Of a DNA stretch of 64,000 nt, positions 52,147-64,000 are shown one piece after another (positions within the stretch are counted from its first letter, which is position 1; each line of letters starts with the position of its first letter). Under the pieces are notes generated by a model that saw only the letters and a program-made list of their open reading frames with translations, had not been told where the DNA came from and did no database searches. Origin of the DNA: Utricularia gibba (lineage: Eukaryota > Plantae > Magnoliophyta); contig CM007989.1 in the NCBI GenBank assembly GCA_002189035.1, forward strand, positions 3,410,001-3,474,000. Reading direction: 5' to 3'. The position numbers were made by a program, and so were the translations under genes.

Positions 52147-53231
52147 TCAGTCGTTGGAGTAAAACAGTGAGCTTGTGGAGGCTGTGGAGGACGTGGTGCA
52201 TCCTCCGGCGTAGGATCTGTGAGGTGGATGGTCTAGGGAAATCGCCGCCGTGAGAGAGGAGGAATGTTGGCCGGATTCCGGAGGCGACCCTGAGAAGGAA
52301 AAGTTTTGATTTTTGTTGTTGGGTTGATGCATGGAATGTTGAGATCTAAAATCTCGATCACTGACTTGACATGTTTTCCGATGGGGAATTTGCATCCGAA
52401 GTGTTTTCGATATGGGATTTACTAGTTTCCTCATTGGCCCGCTGTGATTTCCGGCGACGGCGGTTGTGGTCCGCTAGCCTTTTCCGGCAACTCCTCTTCC
52501 CGTTGTCGAACTCTGACAGCACGTGAAATCTGAAAACTCCCACAACAAAGAAGATAAGTAAATCTAAAACAACGTGTACGAGGAATAAAGAAAAGAAAGG
52601 CCAAGCTTAGAAAAGTAAAAAAAAAAAAAAAAAAAACCACAGCAATTAACCTGCTGCATTGTTGACAGAACCTCTGAGTGAGGCCGCCGACGACGACGGT
52701 TCCTGCTTTCGAGTGAAACTCACAAACCTTATGCCGGCGGTGGTAGTGCTTAGCGTGGCTGAGGTCGGCGTTGCAGCCCTCAGCTTGGCACCGTGGAACA
52801 TTGACGGTACCGGTGTCTAGAATTCTCGACCGGCGGTAGAGGCGGCTGAGGAAATCATCCTCGGCCGAAGCGAAATAAGTCCGGCCACCGAGATTCAAAC
52901 CTAAACGGCTGCTAAAGTCAAATCCGCTGCCGGCGGGTTCTGATTTTGGCACCACCATGTATCCCATCGGAAAGCTCGGTTCAAGGGTCAGCATTGACGG
53001 ATTCTGGTACGGCGGCACAGCAGGAGCCTCGTAGAAACCTTGAAAATTAGCAGTAGGGTTTCCATGAAACGGTAGCGAGTTCGGAGCTCCGGCGACGGCA
53101 CCGAACTGAACCTCAGGTATCCCGTAGTTTGCAGCTTCAGAGTAACTCTGTACACCGTAGGGGTCATAAACATGGTGGTTATCGGAATCCTGGCCGGTTT
53201 CCTCGCCGGAAACCCATCCATAATCCAACAT
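52147..53231 (-). CDS. SPL8: SQUAMOSA promoter-binding-like protein 8. Exons 53231-52651, 52529-52366, 52289-52147
   Basis: MLDY.W N-terminus, [13 protein letters not shown] domain [28 protein letters not shown]...[35 protein letters not shown], third exon RSPPES. Confidence 0.94.
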
Positions 53232-55073
53232 CCTTATTTTCTAAAAGAACCAAAACCCAGATCACAAAACACGGAGAGGAACAAAATCCCAACGGAAAAC
53301 AAAAACTACGTACAAGAAGGAGAGGAAATTCGTCAGCTTTATGCAAGGAAGAAAGTGGGGGAGTACAGAAACAGAAAGGCTGTAAAAAATGCTACCTTTC
53401 TTCTTCCTCTTCTTTCAGTGTAACTCTAGAGCAAGAAAACGAAATGGCCTTAGGAAAAAAGCAAGCTTAAAGAGTAGTAACTGATGATATCCCAGAAATT
53501 TGATGTTATTCCCGACATTGGAAGCAGAGTGAAGATTGCCTGCAATGCGGGTTTCCTGTGAGAGAGAAGAGCAACTATGAAATTCAAAAACCCTAAAACT
53601 AAGAAATGGAGCACACACACTTACATTTTACATTTGCATTTTTTTTTATTTCTTCTTTTGTTGTCTGTAAAACAGCATCTTTTTTTGTTTCCATTCTCTC
53701 TCTAGACCTCAGCAAAGAGACCGAACAAGAGTTAGGCCGCTTCGACAGCCTGTCCATCATTTTGCATCGTCACCGAAATTACCTTTTCACCCTTCGCAGA
53801 CCCATGAAACTACTACATGTGAACCCAATTTTTCTTACAAAAAAAAGTTGAATTTTCCTTCTGGTTAGCATTTGAACACGCCACGAGACAACTTCTTAAA
53901 GATGTCTGGTTTCCGCAGAAGACTCGGGTTTTGTTAGGAGCGAGCGCCCATGTAATAACATCAGCATATCCGACAGTTCAGTGTCTGGGTTCATCGACCT
54001 TTCGAGCGCCCAAGAACGAAAGAAACCCTACTTCTTACAAGGCAAGTAATCATCGGAGAATGAAAGAAACTCGTGAGAGTGCGTGTCCGCGCCTCGTAGA
54101 ACAAAAAGACCGCCTGGATTTCATTAATCATGTGCGCTGTGGGCCTGCACGCGGAAAGGCGGCGCGTGTAGTCCTCAGTGCCGGGCCAACTGGCTTACAT
54201 TTCAGACTCATTGGTATTCGCGAACAGAAGAAGAGCTACGTGGGAGGAGTTGTGTTGAGGCAAAGAGCCCTGGCGACGGCGCGTGGGCCGCACCGCCAAA
54301 GACGGTGGGGACGCCAGTCGGTGTTTGTGAAAACACCGACATGGGCGTTGACTGTGGGTGTTTGCCGGTGACTCCAAGTCTGGGGACTACTTCTCTAATT
54401 AAATAATTATCCCCACTAATCATTGGGTCAACATCATCATGTGCAACAAAAAATATCAATATTTAAATTAAGAAAAAAGTATTGAGATTTGGATAAGATG
54501 GACGACCCTGCCCTCACCATGATTGGATGGGTGGATCAGATCATACCTTCAACAAGTCCCAATAACATGGGACTGATCCAACATAACATGTAACTTCTCT
54601 TGCCCCAATATTGTCACATTATGGTATTTGAGTGATAAAATTAATATTTTTTATTAAATATATGTGAGAATATGATAATGATCACTTTTTTAAATTAACC
54701 TCTAACTGCTATGATCTGACACATGATATAATGATACAATTAGCGGACCTTAATGGGCTGGGTGATGTGTCGCATTTTAGGACAGGATGCACAAACTACA
54801 TTCTGTCCTTAAGCTTGAATTTTCTGCACTAGCAGGTATCATTGTCACATATATTATAATTTGGCAAAGGATTGTTTTTTTTAATCATATGATAAGACAT
54901 TATATTTCAAATTTCCCAGTGACCATAAATACGGGTGGGACCCACGACATTAAATTGCATTTATTTGATGCAAAAGGCATCTCGCCCCCCTCCCGCACAG
55001 AATTACCATTTGGACTAGGAGATTCTCTTGTTTGAAATCAGGGACACGGCGAGACACGGGTACAAGGAGGTGT

Positions 55074-55162
55074 AAGGGTGGGGGGTCATCCCAGGACACG
55101 GGGACACGATTTGAAGGGTGGGGGTCATCCCAGGACACGGGGACACGATTTGAAGGGTGGGG
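55074..55162 (+). repeat. G-rich tandem repeat, 39-40-bp unit, about 2.2 copies
   Basis: AAGGGTGGGGGTCATCCCAGGACACGGGGACACGATTTG starts at 55074 and 55114, with a partial copy at 55153. Confidence 0.85.
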
Positions 55163-57626
55163 AGTCCAATTAAGATACAACCATGGCCGGTACTTAGCTC
55201 CGGTGGTGGCACAGAAAACCATTCGAACTGATGGAGGCCGATTTGGTTTACAGGCAGCAGGGAGGCGTTGGGCACCTGAGTGTTGGTACATGAAACTCCG
55301 GGCATTTTGATGATATTCCGATGGCAGGGCAGGGCTCGGGGCAATGATTTTCTCTGGTTGTGGTTGAAAATGAGGACTCACAAATCCAACACAAGAGACA
55401 AGAGAAGCATCTAGAGCTCTGAAATTTGTCAGGTGAAAGCAACTTGGTGCACATGTTGATAGTCCTTATTGGTGTATGCACAATCACTCATTCATGCATG
55501 AGGGATGGGGTCATTTTGACAAGGAGGTTTCTCCCATCATTGCTGCTTACTTCCCATGTCTTTCAGATGATGGGTGTAATAAAGGGTTTGTTCTATTCTG
55601 AATCCACTCTTAATTCTTGAATTCAATCACAGCAATTTCTGTGTAGACCATGGGAGCTTTTTGTTCATTGGAAATAATGTTATGAAATGTGTGTTTGGTA
55701 TGAGTGTTGGGATTTAGAAGGTATGGATTTGTAATCCCATCCCTCATTGAAATATCATTGGATTAGGGCATTTAAATATGTTATGAAATGTTTTAGTAGG
55801 AATATAGGGATAGGATAAGAATGTGTGGATGAAATAAAATATCTTTAATTAATGAATTATAACCTGAATATATATATTTTGTTTATACAAAAATACAACT
55901 ATATTTTTATTATTTTTTAATGTAAATAAAAAACCAAATGAAGTATAAAAAAGTGGGATATGTAATGTAAAAATGTCTCAAAATTTAAGAATATTAAATT
56001 TTTTTAAAAAGATAAATTTAAAAAAAGATCTTCTATATTTAAAAAGTACTTGAGTTTTTATTGAAGCATGATCTCTCAACTTCTAAAAAAAAAATGAAGT
56101 ATTTAGAAATACTTCTATTAAAATTGCAACTCCACCAAATAGATTCTTCTTAAATTTCTGGAAAATAACCTCTCTTCTGCATTTCTGGTGAAATACTTGA
56201 ATCTGGTCTCTGGATGAATCATGGTGTGGGTTTGATTGGTTCAACCTACCTGATTCGCGACGCCGAGAAAGGTATCACTCATTACTCTCAATCCCCTCCT
56301 ACCACCCGCAATCCCAATCCCAATCCCTTCTTTCTATTCTAGCTTTGGTGACAACACACATTTGTCCATTCATATCTCGTGATTGACAACAATGGAGTTA
56401 GTGGGTGATGGGGTGGGTGGGTGGCTGGTAGTCGAATGCCAAATTTACGAAAAAACGAGTATGATGATGAACTGGGTCTACGACTTGTGTCGAGAAGTGG
56501 GGATGGGGAGGTTGAATGTGTGACCTAACGCATATCACCTGTGGGAGGGATATCTGATGGGGCCGGTTGAAAATAAAGGTAGGGCTTTTGCCCAATGGGG
56601 CAATTTAGGGTTTGGAATTGATTGCACCGCACCAGAATTTCATTGCTGGTTTAACTTCCTCCGGACCCATTACACATGTTATGTGGAACACGAGCAAATT
56701 GACTCGTATTTATTGCACCACTCGCCTCTGTGCGCTCTCTCTCGGCTTATAGAATATCATAATTGCGTTTTTCTTACAGCTTAGGTCCAGCTTTAGCTCC
56801 CATTTTTGTTGCCACATTTTGGTCGGAAGCAGTTGCTCCTTCACCAGCAGACTCATGGTGAGTTGATTTGTATGAAAAAAAACATGCAAATATTGAGATC
56901 ACAGCCATTCAACGTGATGTTTCGTGTTGTTTCAGTGCATTGGACTGACAGTCAAATTGCATAATGCTAAGGAATTCCATTGAGAAGGACCACACGGAAG
57001 TGTGATCTGCTCATCATGAAGAACAATGGCTGGATTGGTGGTCAGAGAAACAGAGAGTGGGTGTGCACATAACTACCAGGCAGTGAATTTGGCTGCCTTC
57101 TCTATCTGCAAATGCACAATACCGCTCCGCTCCCCAGAAAAAAAGAGCCATTTTTTTCCCTGGACAAGTCTACATCTCAGTTCAGATCGGAGATCATAGA
57201 GGTATATGCAGTGTGATGACTTTCCTGACTACCAGAGTAACATCCCAAGCCCCATGCACGAGATACTGTGTCATGTCTTGTTGTGGAGTAAACGAAACAG
57301 GGACCTGGAACTGGAGATGGGTGAGCAGAAATGAAGGGGATGTGGAATCTGTTCATTCATAATGCAGGAAGCTCAAGCACAGCTGAAGTTAGAAAAACAC
57401 AATGCCAGATATCAAGAAGCTCAAATTCGCAATATCTTTTCCCTGGCTCAGGCAGACTCTATCTGCTTTATGGATAAAGATATGGAGTTCATGAATCATA
57501 TCCTAGGCTTTGACGACAACAAATCCGGTATGGGCTCCCTTCCGGAGCCAAAAATGATCTCTCAGGCTAACTACATGTACCCAGATATCGTATCGTACAC
57601 GGGCTCGAACTCATCGTTGTGTTGTA

Positions 57627-62336
<4,710 letters not shown>

Positions 62337-62750
62337 CTTGATATGTATGCTCACTCAATCACTACCTAGCACCCCAACACTGTAATGTCGAGGAAGAATA
62401 TGGAATCAATAAATTGTTCGGCAAAAATTCAACCTTTTCAACAAAACCCGACGCCCTTGTCGTCTGCAAGGGTTTTGTTCAAGAGTTAAAGACTAGGGAT
62501 TTCTCTCCACTTCCATAAACCCTGAACCAGGACTAGGAAAAGGTCCCTTTTTTAATAATAACAAATCGCAGATTTTTATTGTATATAAAACTGAAGTGCT
62601 ATAGATTGAGCTTTGCAGACAAACTGCACAAAAGAATGTGCGCCAACAATACCTGAACACACAGTGCACAAACATCTTGTTAGTTTCAGTACAAGTAATG
62701 GTAGCAAACAGCAAATGAGTAGTGGCTGGTGTGAATGAAGTGATCAATCT

Positions 62751-63634
62751 CTAAGACCATTTTGATGGGCTTGGAAGAGGCTCAATCTCATCAAACATAT
62801 CCATAGGAGGGAAGTCATCTATGAAGCTGTCTATCGACACCAGGTCGAAGCTCTCGATCTTCACTTCATTGGCTCGAGTGTTCATGTTGATGTCGTAAAG
62901 AGGCTGTCCGAAGGGGATGTGAACACCAGAAGTCGGTTCAACCAAATGATTAAAAACATCCATGAAACATGGATCTCCAAGTCTGGTTGTGGCATCTTGG
63001 CTTCCTAGGAAATCCTGTTGCACATGGAAGGACGAAGGGAATGGGAGACCAGCTTGCGACTCTGAGAACATCTTCTTTTCGTCGAAGAAGTCAAAGTGGA
63101 ATGCGGTGTTTCCGCAGAAGCAGCTGATTGGTCGGACGAGCCCTGGTAAGGGAGCATCTTCAAGTGTTCCTGATTCTGATGAGTTCAAACTCATGGCCTG
63201 CAAAAACACATGCTTAGCACTCCTCCCGGTTAATCGGATCCATTTCAACAAAAGAGGAAAAACCAAGAGAATAAAAACGGTAGCATAGAACTTCATTTGA
63301 ACCGCATCATTTTTAGCTTCTCTGGCATACATACAGATCTAGGATAGAAGAATCCTTTTGCAAAAATAGGAAACGGGCTCTTTTCACCTGTGCGCAAGGA
63401 GCAACGGGAAAAGCAGGGGCTTTTACTTCATGGATGCTACTCGAAGCCTTGTTTGGTCGCATCAGTGATGCCCCCTGCAATCGTGAGAGCCTCTTCTGCC
63501 TGCTACTCCAAAAGTTCTTGACATCATTGTCAGTTCTTCCAGTCAAGTAAGTTGCAATCTTCGCCCATTTGTTCCCAAATTGTGCTTGCAAATCAAGCAC
63601 AATTCTCTCTTCACTGGGTGAGAACTTCACCCCA
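62751..63634 (-). CDS. DUO1: R2R3-MYB DUO POLLEN 1, 5'-partial (first exon(s) beyond right edge). Exons 63634-63388, 63197-62751
   Basis: R3 repeat FSPSEERIVLDLQAQFGNKWAKIATYLTGRTDNDVKNFWSSRQKRL (DUO1-type) and acidic C-terminus DSFIDDFP.DMFDEIEPLPSPS.W. Confidence 0.88.
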
Positions 63635-64000
63635 CTGTAGCAACATCAATCAAGAAGAATCCGTCAAACATCTGCATTACCTTATATTGTGATCAACACC
63701 ATATACACTTAACATAACAGGAACAGGATTACTCAGGCATTTCGTCATACACATGACCAACAGAACAAACACCTAAACAAAAAGCATCTGAGCTTTGTCG
63801 TAGATGAATCTCAAGCAGGTCAACGCACTTGATAAAGAACACAAAAATCACATTTCTTCTCCAACAGCAAAAACCATAACGAACTACATCAAGAAAACAA
63901 CGGGCAGAGAGTGCACAATCAGGGTAAAAAGAAGCATCAACATCAAAAAATTAACCAAAACAAACCAGGTAAAAAGAACAATTTTCACTTCATACTTCTT

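Noticed and set aside
52147-53231. Absence of a miR156 site in the SPL gene
   Set aside because: Expected: the SPL8 clade is not miR156-targeted.
55015-55487. Cys/Pro-rich minus-strand ORFs as a GASA/defensin-like peptide
   Set aside because: Cysteine spacing matches no family I know, there is no signal peptide with a start codon, and part of the ORF is just the tandem repeat.
56392-57360. A spliced frame in which all in-frame stops are TGA (selenocysteine or readthrough idea)
   Set aside because: The frame was chosen after the fact; each of the three frames of exon 56936-57201 has three stops, angiosperms lack the Sec machinery, and no Cys-motif alignment supports it.

Overview
Eukaryotic, gene-dense eudicot plant nuclear DNA: spliced GT-AG genes, short introns, AT-rich spacers, roughly 18-20 protein genes in 64 kb. 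There is no prokaryotic system, CRISPR array, rRNA or tRNA, and no intact transposon. Gene order: plastid transketolase (partial), RAD51C, two tandem type I (M-gamma-like) MADS-box genes, two tandem pectin methylesterases, DUF641/GIL1-like, VAP27-like, a candidate 61-aa membrane microprotein, a miR171-targeted HAM/SCL6 GRAS gene, a plastid rpoC2 insertion (NUPT) with an internal 118-bp duplication, an orphan membrane protein, two ZAT-type C2H2 zinc fingers, NOT1 head-to-head with CCT1/TCP-1 alpha, SPL8, a poorly coding spliced-looking locus, mitochondrial EF-G and the 3' part of DUO1. The most notable observations are: (i) three otherwise intact genes (VAP, HAM, NOT1) are each one base short at or beside a G/C homopolymer, most likely long-read assembly errors; (ii) the rpoC2 NUPT records an ordered history (4-bp deletion, then duplication) and looks like it came from a diverged plastome; (iii) a probable recent intron gain in one PME paralogue; (iv) a 108-bp promoter duplication containing templated filler DNA; (v) a polyQ tract and a divergent C-terminus in NOT1. 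I could not support a new multi-gene biological system. Family assignments rest on motif recognition from memory, not database searches.
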